Source: Aulosira sp. ZfuVER01
GTDB taxonomy: Bacteria > Cyanobacteriota > Cyanobacteriia > Cyanobacteriales > Nostocaceae
Length of the DNA: 64,000 nt
Reading direction: 5' to 3'
Assembly (NCBI GenBank): GCA_034530615.2
Contig: JAVRCV020000024.1
Coordinates: forward strand, 1-64,000
Position 1 is the first letter of the stretch. Every line of letters starts with the position of its first letter. The notes beneath the pieces are model-generated. The model ran no database searches. It worked only from the letters and a program-made list of their open reading frames with translations, and was not told the origin of the DNA. The translations under genes were made by a program, and so were the position numbers. Of this stretch, positions 49,964 through 61,870 are shown one piece after another.

Positions 49964-50980
49964 TTACGGACACTCAGTAGTTGTACATTGGCGTTGGCAA
50001 AGTAGCAAACCAAACGATGCTTGGGGATCAGTCCATACTTGTAATGCTTGGAATGCATGGTTATCTAACATTGAAATTAATGTGGGGATGTGAAATTTAC
50101 GGGAGATTTCGGTGCGAATTGTTTCCCCTGCTTGGAATGAGACTTCAAAATCTAATGCTTCTAGGACGACAGTTTGATCTGTCAAACTCCGCAGATGCAT
50201 TTCGATTTGATTTTCTACTTGATTGTAGAAAGCCCAGTGAGCAAAATTTTCAAGGACAAAATTACCTTGAAATCTTTGATTGATATGGCTGAGGATATTT
50301 AAGTTAAAGGCTGCGGTGATTCCTTGGGAATCGTTGTAAGCTGCTTCGATAATTTCTATTGGCTTTTGCAAATCTACGCCTAACAGAAAAAATTCTCCGG
50401 GTTTTAAGGCTTGTTGAACTTGTGTGAAGAATTTATCACATTGTTCATCATTTAAATTTCCTAAAGTACTCCCCAAGAAAATCAACATCCGATTTTCTAA
50501 TTCTGCTGGGGGAAGTTGGGCTAATGCTTGTTCGTAAGTTCCTGCTAAACCGCAAAGTTTTAATTTGGGGTATTGACGTAGCAAATCCAAGGCTGTGGTT
50601 TTGAGGATACCACTACTAACATCAATTGGGTAATATTGTAGTTCTTGAACAATCTCACTGTATGCTTCTAGCAACAAACGAGTTTTGCGGGAACTACCAC
50701 TACCTAATTCGATTAAGTGACAAGAACCTGTCATCTGAGCAATTTCGGCAGCATAGGTTTCTAGAATTGCTTGCTCGGTGCGAGTTGGATAGTATTCTGG
50801 TAGGTCACAAATTTGCTCAAATAGTTCTGAGCCTCGGTCATCGTAGAAGTAACGACAGGGCAAAGTTTTGGGATTTTGAGAGAGTCCTTGAATGATATCT
50901 GTACCTTCATCTACTGATGCGATCGCTGAATTTAAATTAATCCAACGTAGGCGTGAATGCTCTTTTTGTTCAGTCTTCAA
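49964..50980 (-). CDS. egtD: L-histidine N-alpha-methyltransferase
   Basis: YFYDDRGSELFEQIC.LPEYYPTRTE, ELGSGSSRKT, FLGSTLGN, AYND..GITAAFNLN, TEISRKF. Confidence 0.93.
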   Translation of the reverse strand: MKTEQKEHSRLRWINLNSAIASVDEGTDIIQGLSQNPKTLPCRYFYDDRGSELFEQICDLPEYYPTRTEQAILETYAAEIAQMTGSCHLIELGSGSSRKTRLLLEAYSEIVQELQYYPIDVSSGILKTTALDLLRQYPKLKLCGLAGTYEQALAQLPPAELENRMLIFLGSTLGNLNDEQCDKFFTQVQQALKPGEFFLLGVDLQKPIEIIEAAYNDSQGITAAFNLNILSHINQRFQGNFVLENFAHWAFYNQVENQIEMHLRSLTDQTVVLEALDFEVSFQAGETIRTEISRKFHIPTLISMLDNHAFQALQVWTDPQASFGLLLCQRQCTTTECP

Positions 50981-51089
50981 TTTATTGGTCTCCTGTTATT
51001 AGGTGAGCTTTCAAGGCTAGTTATGTCAAGCAAGTAGATGCAGACTTGATATCTGCTCTACTAGTATCAATGTATAGATTTATGACTTC

Positions 51090-53807
51090 TTATACTAAGG
51101 CGATCGCTTGAGGCTTTTTATCTATCTCAGGTTCTTGATTTTGGGCTTCATATTCACCAAATTGTTGAATGAGTTTAGCAACCAAACCTGTCCATCCAGT
51201 TTGATGACTTGCGCCAATTCCTGCTCCGTTATCACCATGAAAATACTCATAAAAAAGAATTAAGTCTTTCCAATGGGGATCGGTTTGAAACTTTTGTGTA
51301 TTACCATAAACGGGTCTTTGCCCAGAGGAATCTTGCAAGAAAATGCGCATTAGTCTTTGAGATAGTTCAGATGCAACTTCCCACAATGTCATCATTTTAC
51401 CAGATCCAGTAGGACATTCTATTTGGAAATCATCGCCCAAGTAATAATGGAATTTTTGCAGGGATTCAATGAGGAGGAAATTTACTGGAAACCAGACAGG
51501 GCCGCGCCAGTTAGAATTACCACCAAATAAACCACTGCTAGATTCAGCAGGTTCATAATCGACGCGAAAGTGGCAACCATTAACATCAAAAATATAAGGA
51601 TGTTCGGCATGAAATTTAGAAAGGGCGCGAATGCCGTAGTCTCCAAAAAACTCGTTTTCATCGAGCATTTTTTGTAAAATACTTTTGAGTTTATCCCGTG
51701 AGACAATCGCTAGTAATCTCCTAGCACCTACCCCTTTAGTTACCATACAAGCGACATTTTGCTTCAAGTCAGGGCGATTTTTAATAAACCATTCCAAGCG
51801 AGTTTTGAAGCCAGGAAGCATATTTAAAGTATCTGGTTCAATGGTTTCAATGGCAAATAAAGGAATTAGTCCTACCATTGATCGGACTTTTAAGGTAATC
51901 TGCCGTTCTGCTAAATGCAGCACATCGTAGTAAAATCCATCTTGCTCGTTCCATAAACTGGCTTCTAGTTCGCCAATTTTGTTCATCGCATCGGCAATGT
52001 AGAGGAAATGCTCAAAGAATTTTGTGGCAATGTCTTCGTAAACTGGGTTAGTTTTAGCTAATTCTAGGGCGATCGCTAACATATTTAGGCAATACATCCC
52101 CATCCAACTGGTACCATCAGATTGATCGATGTGTCCGCCTGTGGGTAAGGTAGCGCTGCGATCAAATACACCGATATTATCTAAACCTAAAAATCCTCCC
52201 TGAAAGACGTTGTTTCCCTCAGCATCTTTGCGATTCACCCACCAGGTGAAATTCAGCATTAATTTCTGAAAGACTCGTTCTAAAAACTGCCTATCTGAAC
52301 GTCCATATACCTTTTGTTCAATCTTGTAAATCCGCCAGGTTGCCCAAGCATGGACAGGCGGGTTAACATCGCTAAACTTCCACTCATAAGCCGGAATCTG
52401 TCCATTGGGATGCATATACCATTCCCGCGTCAGGACATCTAATTGATATTTAGCAAAATCCGGGTCAATAATTGCTAAAGGAATAGTGTGGAACGCCAAA
52501 TCCCAAGCTGCAAACCAAGGATATTCCCACTTATCAGGCATGGAAAGGATATCTTCATTGTAGAGATGGAACCATTCCCGGTTTCTACCTTGTTGACGTT
52601 CTGGTGGCGGCGGTGGTGCATTGCGATCGCCTTTGAGCCAATCTTCTAATATGTAGTGGTAAAATTGCTTACTCCACAGCATCCCTGCAAATGCTTGTCT
52701 TTGCACATTCCGCATATCTGCACTCAGGGGAAATGGCGTAATCCGCTGATAAAATTCATCTGCTTCTTGCTGTCGGCTGAAAAAGATGGTATCGAATTCT
52801 AAGTTAAAAGGTTCGGCTAAATCCGGCACGTCACTTAGACGCAATCTGACTGTTTGAGTTTCCCCTGCACCAACTGTCAAAATATAATCAGCAGCAGCTT
52901 TTGTACCTATTTTTTCTGGATTTACTGCCTGTTTGTTTCCGGAAACAATGTAATCATTAATGCCATCTTTTACATAAGCAGATTTGTTAGAAAAACCAAA
53001 CAATCGCTGATTATTTGTTTCATTTTCTGTAAACAGAATTTCGTTTGTTTGCTGACAATACAACCACCTAGTTCCTAAAGTTGGATGATCGGCTTCAATA
53101 ATTTGCCAGTTATTACCTGAATTTAGCTGTTTAAGAGTAGGTTTATCGCTATCTCCATTCCAAGACCAAGTATTGCGGAACCAGAGGGTAGGTAAAAGGT
53201 GCAGTGTCTTTGCTTCTGTCCCCCGATTGACTACTTTGATTTGAATGAGAATATCTTCAGCAGAATTTTTAGCATATTCAACGAAGATATCAAAGTAGCG
53301 GTTTTGGTCAAATACACCCGTATCTAAAAGTTCAAATTCTGGCTGTTGGCGATCGCGGCGTTGGTTTTCTGTAACTAATTGCGAGTAGGGAAAAGCCGCT
53401 TGGGGATATTTGTACAGCGCTTTCATGTAAGAATGAGTCGGGGTGCTGTCCAAATAAAAGTAATATTCTTTAACATCTTCCCCATGATTGCCTTCAGTTC
53501 CCGTCAATCCAAAAATTCTTTCCTTGAGAATTGAGTCTTCACCATTCCAAAGGGCGATCGCAAAACACAGCCGTTGATGATTATCAGAAATCCCCGCAAT
53601 CCCATCTTCACCCCAACGGTAAGCGCGAGAACGAGCCTGGTCATGGGTGAAGTATTCCCACGCTGCACCATTATGGCTATAATCTTCACGTACCGTTCCC
53701 CATTGGCGATCGCTCAAATATGGCCCCCACCTGCGCCAATGGGCTTGACGAGTCTGGGCTGCTGCTAATCTGATTTCTTCTTGGGTTGGAGTTTTCATCA
53801 GTATCAC
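51090..53807 (-). CDS. GH63 / MGH1-like glycoside hydrolase
   Basis: [52 protein letters not shown]. Confidence 0.9.
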   Translation of the reverse strand: MILMKTPTQEEIRLAAAQTRQAHWRRWGPYLSDRQWGTVREDYSHNGAAWEYFTHDQARSRAYRWGEDGIAGISDNHQRLCFAIALWNGEDSILKERIFGLTGTEGNHGEDVKEYYFYLDSTPTHSYMKALYKYPQAAFPYSQLVTENQRRDRQQPEFELLDTGVFDQNRYFDIFVEYAKNSAEDILIQIKVVNRGTEAKTLHLLPTLWFRNTWSWNGDSDKPTLKQLNSGNNWQIIEADHPTLGTRWLYCQQTNEILFTENETNNQRLFGFSNKSAYVKDGINDYIVSGNKQAVNPEKIGTKAAADYILTVGAGETQTVRLRLSDVPDLAEPFNLEFDTIFFSRQQEADEFYQRITPFPLSADMRNVQRQAFAGMLWSKQFYHYILEDWLKGDRNAPPPPPERQQGRNREWFHLYNEDILSMPDKWEYPWFAAWDLAFHTIPLAIIDPDFAKYQLDVLTREWYMHPNGQIPAYEWKFSDVNPPVHAWATWRIYKIEQKVYGRSDRQFLERVFQKLMLNFTWWVNRKDAEGNNVFQGGFLGLDNIGVFDRSATLPTGGHIDQSDGTSWMGMYCLNMLAIALELAKTNPVYEDIATKFFEHFLYIADAMNKIGELEASLWNEQDGFYYDVLHLAERQITLKVRSMVGLIPLFAIETIEPDTLNMLPGFKTRLEWFIKNRPDLKQNVACMVTKGVGARRLLAIVSRDKLKSILQKMLDENEFFGDYGIRALSKFHAEHPYIFDVNGCHFRVDYEPAESSSGLFGGNSNWRGPVWFPVNFLLIESLQKFHYYLGDDFQIECPTGSGKMMTLWEVASELSQRLMRIFLQDSSGQRPVYGNTQKFQTDPHWKDLILFYEYFHGDNGAGIGASHQTGWTGLVAKLIQQFGEYEAQNQEPEIDKKPQAIALV

Positions 53808-54128
53808 CCCGTGCCTAACTGCACAATAATTGAGTTCCTTAATTTATTGTCTGAAGTATCCTGTATCTACCAAATATCAGGCTGAGTTGCGACTTAAAAA
53901 TTTCTAGAAAATAGCCAAATATAAATACAGCATATCCTCAGACAAAACTCATATTTATGGTTTCAACTGATGAGTAACACTAATTCAAAAAATACTTTTT
54001 TACTAACTTACCGCAATTTGCAAAATATCAGACCGAAATTATAGAGTGGGTATTGCATCATACCTCAAATATTTACCGCATCAGCCTTCTAGGCAATGCC
54101 CACTGACATAAAATCGCTATTTAAGTAC

Positions 54129-54344
54129 TTAACTCATTCCTAGACAAGCTTTTAAAGAATAGCCAAAGAATCTAGACACCTGGCGACGACATATCGAACA
54201 TTTGTTGATATCTGGTTGATCTGGTGTCCCACCGATGGGCTGCCAATAAATTTTACTAGTTCCACTTGCGGTAATTTCCACCTCCATGCGGTAACGAATC
54301 ATCTTCTTGCAAACATAGCAGGGCCTTTCAGTGTATTGGAGCAT
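54129..54344 (-). CDS. Possible small zinc-ribbon protein
   Basis: Two CxxC motifs (CYVC, CSIC); start uncertain (ATG 54344 or GTG 54374). Confidence 0.45.
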   Translation of the reverse strand: MLQYTERPCYVCKKMIRYRMEVEITASGTSKIYWQPIGGTPDQPDINKCSICRRQVSRFFGYSLKACLGMS

Positions 54345-54809
54345 ACTGCAATCCTGTTGTAACTGATTTGACACTTGATGACTGTGCCAGTACTTTAAAT
54401 GGAAGCACTTATTTGTCAGAACTGAACAGGAGTATTATGCAGATTTTTTAATTATTTTTTAATAATTAATTTTTATGTGAATAAATACTCACTTCTGGCG
54501 ACGAGATTCTTTAAGTTAACGGTGTTCAGATACCCTATTTTTTTGAGAAGTCGAGTATCTCAACTTTCACCCGTTACAGGTTTCGCGTTGATTGGCAAAA
54601 AATGCGTAGCGCGATCGCATTTGTCACTGTTGGGTGAAACACCTATCAAATATTTTCTTCTACCCCTCTCTACAAAAATAAGTGCTTTCCCTAGCAATAA
54701 TGTAAAGAATAGTTACTATATGACATTTCTCTGTACTCGATAGTGATAATTTCTTGAGCTTGATATAGAAATCCGATTTGATTTTTGCAACGACCTACTC
54801 TTAAAGCTT

Positions 54810-55715
54810 ATGTATAAAAAAATTGCTATTCCTATTTTAAGTCTCATGTTTGCAACACTCATGCCTAATGTAGTAGTTGCTGAGACTGTGATGCAAAAAG
54901 TAGCGAGAACAGGGGTATTAACAGCTGGGACTAGTAGAGATGCGTTGCCTTTTGCCTACGTGGATAGTCAGGGAAAGTTAAATGGCTATTCTGTAGATAT
55001 GCTGAATGTAATTAAAGAGCAATTAGAAAAAGACCTAGGAAAAAAAATTAAGCTGCAATTAGTTGGTCTTAGCCCGTCTGAGCGAATTCCTAAAATAGTG
55101 AATCAGCAAGTTGATATTGTCTGCGATGCTAGTAGTTTTACATGGGAACGGGATAAAAAAGTAGATTTTTCGGTTAGCTACGGTGGGACTGGAACCCAAT
55201 TATTAGTTAAGAAAGGAAGTAATCTAGGTTCTGCTGAATCTCTGATTGGTAAGCGAATTGGTGTGCTAGCAGGAACCACAAATGAACAGGCGATCGCTCG
55301 CGTACAACCCAAAGTCAAACTGGTATATTTTAAAACTAGAGCAGATGGCTATACAGCTTTGCAAAAAAGTACTATTGATGCTTTCTCATCCGATAGTATT
55401 CTTTTAGAAGCATGGGTGCAACAACAAAAAAATCCTGATGCTTTTGCACTCGTACCCGATCGCCCTTATTCACGAGAAGGTATTGCTTGTATGGTGCCAG
55501 AAAATAACTCAAAATTCTTGGATACAGTCAACTATTCTCTGGTTAAATTCATGCAAGGATTTATCAATGGTAATCGGCAATATGTCGCTATTTTTGACCG
55601 TTGGTTTGGGCCTCAAGGCAGTGTAGCGCTGAATAAGGATTTACGCGATCTGGTAATAGAAACTATGCAATTGGTTATAGAATTTCGTGAGGAAATTCCC
55701 AAAAATGATCTGTGA
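54810..55715 (+). CDS. Polar amino-acid ABC substrate-binding protein (family 3), orphan
   Basis: Signal peptide, PFAY..GYSVD, SSFTWER...VDFS, GTTNE. Confidence 0.88.
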   Translation: MYKKIAIPILSLMFATLMPNVVVAETVMQKVARTGVLTAGTSRDALPFAYVDSQGKLNGYSVDMLNVIKEQLEKDLGKKIKLQLVGLSPSERIPKIVNQQVDIVCDASSFTWERDKKVDFSVSYGGTGTQLLVKKGSNLGSAESLIGKRIGVLAGTTNEQAIARVQPKVKLVYFKTRADGYTALQKSTIDAFSSDSILLEAWVQQQKNPDAFALVPDRPYSREGIACMVPENNSKFLDTVNYSLVKFMQGFINGNRQYVAIFDRWFGPQGSVALNKDLRDLVIETMQLVIEFREEIPKNDL

Positions 55716-55808
55716 GATCGGGTTCAGTTAAAGGCTTATCATTAATAGTGCAGGGGACAAGGGGGACAAGGAAGACAAATGCCCAATGCCCCATGCCCCA
55801 TGCCCAAA

Positions 55809-56360
55809 TTAAGGATATCTTTTACTACCAGCGCCTACTACTCCAATTTTATGGCGATAAGAAAGTTCAGCACCGAACCAGCCTGAAACGCTAGTTATTG
55901 TTCCTACAATTAGTGAAAGTACTAATCCCCAAGGTAAGATACTTGACTCAACGTTACCTAGCCGAATTAAGAAATTGACGAGTGTTAAAACGAGGATAGA
56001 AACGTTAAGAATCAAATGTGCCCAACCAGCTTGGCGCTTGCGGACTCGTTCAATTTTAAAAAAATCGCTGAGTCCAATAATTGAAGCGAGGATACCTCCA
56101 GCTAAACCCAGTCCGATTAACCATATCGAAGCCCTAGCCCAGAAGAAATCCTTCGTTAACCAGTAGCCGAAGTCACTTCCTAAAGCGGCTGCTAAAAATG
56201 CTATGGGAAAAATTACAGTCAAGGGGTGTAAAGGATGTCCAGCGATCGCTACTGTGCTGGGTACACCGCTATCATGATATTCTCGGTCGTCGCTTTCAAT
56301 AATTGGTGGAATATTTGGAAATGGTGTCGAGGTAGTTTGTGTTTTTTCTGTAGTTTCCAT
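55809..56360 (-). CDS. DUF2231 membrane protein
   Basis: GHPLHP..V.FPIA, four TM helices, GWFGAELSYRH. Confidence 0.88.
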   Translation of the reverse strand: METTEKTQTTSTPFPNIPPIIESDDREYHDSGVPSTVAIAGHPLHPLTVIFPIAFLAAALGSDFGYWLTKDFFWARASIWLIGLGLAGGILASIIGLSDFFKIERVRKRQAGWAHLILNVSILVLTLVNFLIRLGNVESSILPWGLVLSLIVGTITSVSGWFGAELSYRHKIGVVGAGSKRYP

Positions 56361-56372
56361 TATTTTATTACC

Positions 56373-57119
56373 CTAATTTTCAGAGGAAGGAATTTGCTCA
56401 ACATAAGCCTTAGCTTGGAGTATTAATTTGCCTGGTTCTACCTTTAAACTGTCAACTTGTAAAGACATTCCTTCCAAGTCAAAGTTGCTCAAGTTCAAAA
56501 GTTCACTAGTTTGATTTACCAAAGCTTTGGTGAGTTCTGGCGATATTTCCTCACCTTCTCCATATTCAACATTTTCCAGAGATACTGTTTTGCCGTTGGT
56601 GCTAACACGAGGTACGGCATTAAAAGCAACTTGGTGAGTTTCTCCAGTTTCTACTAAGAGAACGCGGGAATTTAAGGCAATCTTTCCCTCACCTGGTAAG
56701 CTAAAATCTATATGTTCGGGCTTAATTGTGTTCTTTTGCCCATTGACCTGGATTTTTTGATTTTGGAGTTGAGAACGGACATAATCAGAATTGAAGGCGC
56801 GGTTAATATCTGCTTCAGTTAAAACGACTCGCGCACTTCCTACAGTAGGTTTTGTCAGTTCAATTTTGCCAAAAGCCACACTGAGAGGATTAATGGCGAC
56901 GCTTTGAATTTGCATATCCATTTCCTCCACACGCAGGTCTTTTTGCATCACCAAACCTTCAGCTTCAATGGAGACTGCATCTACCTGTCCCTGAACCAAT
57001 TTGAGCGGATCGGTTTTAATATTGACATCTAAATTTTCTACTTCATCTAACTGGTTAGATAACCCTACTTCTGCGGCTTTATTCAGCGCTTGCTCTCCTA
57101 GCCCAGGACTTTCCGCCAT
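56373..57119 (-). CDS. DUF2993 (LmeA-like) protein
   Basis: PLKLVQGQVDAV and VVLTEADINRAFNS motifs. Confidence 0.82.
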   Translation of the reverse strand: MAESPGLGEQALNKAAEVGLSNQLDEVENLDVNIKTDPLKLVQGQVDAVSIEAEGLVMQKDLRVEEMDMQIQSVAINPLSVAFGKIELTKPTVGSARVVLTEADINRAFNSDYVRSQLQNQKIQVNGQKNTIKPEHIDFSLPGEGKIALNSRVLLVETGETHQVAFNAVPRVSTNGKTVSLENVEYGEGEEISPELTKALVNQTSELLNLSNFDLEGMSLQVDSLKVEPGKLILQAKAYVEQIPSSEN

Positions 57120-57376
57120 TACGAGTGAATCTCCTTTTTGACTACCTTTGAGTCAATCTAGAAAATTAAAATCAAAAATTTATCTATCTGCCGATGGAGT
57201 AAAGATTAAGCACCACTCTATCTAAAAGTAGAAGTAATAAATTATGAGTAATTTTTTTGGATTTTCTACCTATTGCAACCAAAGTATCACTCAAAAGAAA
57301 GAGGGAAGGATTCTCAGCAATAGGCAAACTTGATATTAGTGACAACTACGAATTCTTTTTTGAGGAGAACTAAATA

Positions 57377-58429
57377 ATGGTAGTTAGTTTAGATGATACT
57401 AAACGTAATGCAATTGCCGTTAAATTGGCAAATATGAAAGCCCTGCAAGAGTTGGTTCTGGAAAATGAACAACAACTTTTGCAGCAAGGTCTCGATTCCG
57501 AAATTTCTGACCGCATTCGGGATTTCATCAAAGACGATCAAAAGAACCTAGGCATTTTGGAAACTGTAATTGGTCAGTATGGTATCCAAGCTCAACCAAA
57601 ACAAACAGTTCAACAATTTATTGACAGAGCTCGGCAATTGTTCCAAGGTTCCGAACTCAGCTTGTATGAAAAAGTGTCTCAGCATGAATTGTTGAAGCAT
57701 CAAATAGTAATGAGTGGCTTGATCGTTCATAAGGCTGCTCAAAAAGTTGGTGCTGACGTGATGGTGGCGATCGGACCTTTAAATGCTATTAACTTTGAAA
57801 ACCGCGCGCACCAAGAGCAACTCAAAGGCGTTTTAGAAATTTTGGGTGTTCGTGAACTCACTGGACAAGAAGCCGATCAAGGTATTTGGGCACGGGTTCA
57901 AGATGCTATGGCCGCAGTAAGTGGTGTAGTAGGTAGTGCTGTTACCCAAAGCAGTGACAAACAGGATATGAATATCCAAGATGTCATCCGTCTGGATCAC
58001 AACAAAGTAAATACTCTATTTACTGAATTGCTGCAAAGCAACAATCCTCAAAAGATCCAAGAGTACTTCGGTCAAATTTACAAGGATCTCACCGCCCACG
58101 CTGAAGCAGAAGAAGAAGTTGTCTACCCAAGAGTACGCGCTTTTTACGGTGAGGGTGATACCCAAGAGCTGTATGATGAGCAAGCCGAAATGAAGCGGAT
58201 GCTAGACCAAATTAAGGCTCTTAGCCCTTCTTCACAGCAATTCAAGGATCAAGTCAAACAGTTGATGGATGCAGTAGGCGACCATATCCGTCAAGAAGAA
58301 AGCACAATGTTTGCCGCTATCCGCAATAACTTAAGCAGCCAGCAAACTGAACAATGGGCTACTGAATTTAAAGCTGCTAAGAAGAAAATTCAAGAAAGAC
58401 TTGGCGTTGTCAGCGAAGCTAATATCTAG
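57377..58429 (+). CDS. Ferritin-like plus hemerythrin-domain protein
   Basis: DH, HAEAEEEVVYP, HIRQEESTMF. Confidence 0.85.
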   Translation: MVVSLDDTKRNAIAVKLANMKALQELVLENEQQLLQQGLDSEISDRIRDFIKDDQKNLGILETVIGQYGIQAQPKQTVQQFIDRARQLFQGSELSLYEKVSQHELLKHQIVMSGLIVHKAAQKVGADVMVAIGPLNAINFENRAHQEQLKGVLEILGVRELTGQEADQGIWARVQDAMAAVSGVVGSAVTQSSDKQDMNIQDVIRLDHNKVNTLFTELLQSNNPQKIQEYFGQIYKDLTAHAEAEEEVVYPRVRAFYGEGDTQELYDEQAEMKRMLDQIKALSPSSQQFKDQVKQLMDAVGDHIRQEESTMFAAIRNNLSSQQTEQWATEFKAAKKKIQERLGVVSEANI

Positions 58430-58707
58430 GTTGTCTTCAGGATTTCTCGAGAGGCTAGTCAAGGTTAGTTAGAATTAGCAACTCCCAGCACCCAGGTGTT
58501 GGGAGTTTTTATGACTACAATTGCAGTTGCCTCTAGTTTACCTATAGATTTCGGCAGTCCGATGGAGATATAGCTATCCCCGCTAGGGAATCTACGAGTA
58601 TTTTTTGATGCTTGATGAAGATGATGATATTACGCCTCAGTTCGCTCAACTAGCGATCGCAATGATGAGATAATCAGATTTCAGTGTAGTACCATCGTTT
58701 AATCGTT

Positions 58708-59367
58708 ATGAGTGATACAAAATCCCCACAACTGCCTCTTTGGGTACAAGATAGAGAAGAAGTAGTTGCAGCAGATGCAGATGTTCAATGGCGTGAAGGC
58801 AGACCAGACTATTCTTTTACCAATAAATTCCGCGAACAAGAGCGTCAGTGCAACCATGCTGAAGGTTCTCTAAATGCGATCGCTCATAATCTGGTGCGAA
58901 CTTTTGAGATGGAAGCCACCCACAAAACCAATCCACAACAATGGCTTTCTGTTGTCACTGATAAATTTCGGATGAGTACCAATGGCGGTACACAATATAC
59001 AGCACAAGATGTAATTGATGCCGGGACTTACAACCTCTTTTTAGGAGATACAGAACATTACCGTTCCTCAGAAGAAAGCTTCGATTCGTCCTATAACCTC
59101 TTTCATACAGCTTTTCCCGAAGGATTTCATTGGGAATTAATCGAAGTTTTATCCTCTCCTCCTAATGTCGTATTTAAATGGAGACATTGGGGTCAATTTA
59201 AGGGTAACTTTAAAGACTTTGCTCCTACAGGGGAAACCATAGAAATAGTGGGATTAAGTGTGGCTCGTGTCACCGAAGAACTAAAAATTGAATCAGTAGA
59301 ACACTTCTTTGATAACAGTGCTTTTCTTAATAAATTAACGGCAGGAAAATGTCCTTTTCACTCATGA
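58708..59367 (+). CDS. SnoaL/NTF2-like 'pathogen-related' protein
   Basis: NLVRTFEME, GTYN, AFPEGF.WE, FKWRHWG, PTGETIE. Confidence 0.82.
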   Translation: MSDTKSPQLPLWVQDREEVVAADADVQWREGRPDYSFTNKFREQERQCNHAEGSLNAIAHNLVRTFEMEATHKTNPQQWLSVVTDKFRMSTNGGTQYTAQDVIDAGTYNLFLGDTEHYRSSEESFDSSYNLFHTAFPEGFHWELIEVLSSPPNVVFKWRHWGQFKGNFKDFAPTGETIEIVGLSVARVTEELKIESVEHFFDNSAFLNKLTAGKCPFHS

Positions 59368-59546
59368 GGAATAGGCGAAATTATCGGGAGCGTATCAAGC
59401 AATAGCCATATCTCCAATCTCTTAATTGAATTCATGATTGGTTGTTGATGATATTTACACCCTAGCCTCAATTGATAGTTGCACAAGTCAAAAATTGCTT
59501 CAACTCGATTCCGCAGTTGAAGCAAAACATAAACCCACAATTATTA

Positions 59547-60734
59547 TTAGATTTGGGGAATCTGCCAATACTTATACGCAGCATAGGCCATAGTGACAAC
59601 CCCGGTGATAATTGCAGATTCATCAACTTCAAACTCGGGGTGGTGTAATGGGTGATTAATAATTCTATCTTTGTAGCCTACGCCCAAGCGAAACATAGAA
59701 CCAGGGGCGTGTTCTAAATACACAGAAAAATCTTCAGCACCAAGGGAGGGTTCGGGTAAGACTTGGACGCGATCGCTACTCCAAGCTTCTTCTGCTGCTG
59801 ATTGCAATACTTGTGTCAGGGTATAATCATTTTGGACGCTAGGTACACCCTGGTGATAGTTGACTTGATAGCTAGCACCATAGGAATGGCAAACACTAGC
59901 AACAATTTTTTCAATCCAGTTAGGAAGACTAGCACGGGTTTCGGGATGAAGCGATCGCACTGTTCCTAACAAACGCACTTTATCGGCAATCACATTTGGC
60001 GCTCGTCCACCATTAATTTGCCCTATGGTTAATACTACTGGACGTAGAGGATTTTGAGTCCGGCTAATTGCTTGTTGTAAGGCAGTAATTACTTGCGACG
60101 CAATCCAAATTGCATCAATTGCCTCATGGGGACGTGCGCCATGTCCAGATTCGCCAATAATCACAATTTCTAAATCATCAGCGGCGGCGGTTAATGCGCC
60201 ATAACGCACCCCAATCGAACCTGCGGGGATGGAAGGAAAAACATGAACCCCTAATATAGCCGAGACGTTTTTCATTGCCCCGTCTTCTACCATCCAGCTG
60301 GCTCCTTGAGCAATTTCCTCTGCTGGCTGAAATAAAAACCTGACTTTTCCACCTAACTCTTCTGCCACTTGGGATAGTACCATTGCAGTTCCTAACCCTA
60401 CTGTTGTGTGGACATCATGACCGCAAGCGTGCATTACACTTCCGGTGCGAGATGCGTATTCCAAACCAGTGCGTTCTTGAATTGGCAAAGCGTCCATATC
60501 GGTACGAATTGCTAATAAACGCTCATCATTACTATTAACTCGCAGTTCGCCAATAACACCGGTTTTGCCAACACCTTCCTGGACATGAATACCGCTAGAA
60601 GACAACACACCTGCAACAAAAGCAGCTGTTTGGTATTCCTGACCACTGAGTTCTGGGTGCGCGTGGATGTGGCGGCGAATTTCTATGAGACGAGGTGCTA
60701 GCTTTGTGGCTAACTCTTTAATCTGGTTAAGCAT
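59547..60734 (-). CDS. M20D amidohydrolase
   Basis: RRHIHAHPEL, RTDMDALP, HACGHD, FQPAEE, GAEDF, HHP.F. Confidence 0.94.
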   Translation of the reverse strand: MLNQIKELATKLAPRLIEIRRHIHAHPELSGQEYQTAAFVAGVLSSSGIHVQEGVGKTGVIGELRVNSNDERLLAIRTDMDALPIQERTGLEYASRTGSVMHACGHDVHTTVGLGTAMVLSQVAEELGGKVRFLFQPAEEIAQGASWMVEDGAMKNVSAILGVHVFPSIPAGSIGVRYGALTAAADDLEIVIIGESGHGARPHEAIDAIWIASQVITALQQAISRTQNPLRPVVLTIGQINGGRAPNVIADKVRLLGTVRSLHPETRASLPNWIEKIVASVCHSYGASYQVNYHQGVPSVQNDYTLTQVLQSAAEEAWSSDRVQVLPEPSLGAEDFSVYLEHAPGSMFRLGVGYKDRIINHPLHHPEFEVDESAIITGVVTMAYAAYKYWQIPQI

Positions 60735-60975
60735 GAATCGATCGCAGTTTACAGCCTTGTTCCCATGATAAAGAAGTGTTAACCAATCGCTAACTACTAT
60801 ACCCTTGCAAAAAGCTTTTTATGATGAATTATGCCCCATGCCCCTCAAGAGTGCTGAGTACCCAGTACTGAGTTACTCACTTCTTCACTCAGAACTCAGC
60901 ACTCGCAACTCAGAACTGTTTTGCCCCATGCCCTATTTTCCAGGCAGGGACAGGGTTGCCAATCAGCATTTGCAG

Positions 60976-61503
60976 CTATTTCTTCTGATTAGCTTGGGCG
61001 TCTGTACCTTCTTGTAACGACCAGCCATAGGGTTTGTCAGAAGTAACGACACCATTAGCCAAGGTTGTTAGTCGGAAATTTGCCGCCCGGAAATTAGTGA
61101 ACAGCAATGTCGCACCTTTAAGGTTAGCTGCTTCTAGATTAGCGCTAATAAAACCAGCGTAGGAAAGATTAGCATTGTCTAAAGATGCGGATTTTAAGTT
61201 TGCACCGGTTAAGGAAACCCCAGTCAGATTTGCAGAACTTAGAACCGCAGTTTCTAGATTTGCCCCAGTGAGATCGGCATTTGTGAGGTTAGCTTGAGAG
61301 AAATTGGCTGCTTTTAAGTTAGCCCCACGTAAGTTTGCTCCAGTTAGATTCACTTGCGTCAGGTCAGCACCACTTAAATCGCATCGGGGACAGCTAGCTG
61401 TGGTTTTTAATTGCTCTACGTCTTGCGGATTAAAAGCTAAAGCTTGTCCTGCCAAGCCAAAACAAGCTAACAGGGTAAGGGTGGAGATAATCTTGAGTTT
61501 CAT
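60976..61503 (-). CDS. Secreted pentapeptide repeat protein
   Basis: Signal peptide, CPRCDL, ANL repeats. Confidence 0.92.
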   Translation of the reverse strand: MKLKIISTLTLLACFGLAGQALAFNPQDVEQLKTTASCPRCDLSGADLTQVNLTGANLRGANLKAANFSQANLTNADLTGANLETAVLSSANLTGVSLTGANLKSASLDNANLSYAGFISANLEAANLKGATLLFTNFRAANFRLTTLANGVVTSDKPYGWSLQEGTDAQANQKK

Positions 61504-61870
61504 ATTTTTAAGGATATTTACAAAGATGACATCTAACTAGAATGCCCCGTTGAACACCTATAATACCTACGCTATCCTTAGTCTCTCGTTATATACCGAA
61601 AGCTTCGCCTGGGGCTAACACCACAGACAAGGCGGAGTGCCTAGATTACAGCCAATTCAACAGTCATGGACAAGGTATAACAACTATACTTATTGTCATA
61701 CTTAACATATCCGAATTTCTCAGCAAATGACAGGTAATGAAGCGACAATGAAGAAGTTATAAAATTCTTATAAATTATGGTGATAATACTACCCAATATC
61801 AAAATTAGGGATTAGAATCGTCTCGTAACGAACTATACTGAACCTTCTATAGACTACCATATATTTGATC

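Noticed and set aside
61570..61660. Riboswitch upstream of the secreted pentapeptide gene
   Set aside because: A hairpin (CTTCGCCT/AGGCGGAG) is present, but I found no consensus of any riboswitch class I know, and the pairing is better on the non-coding strand.
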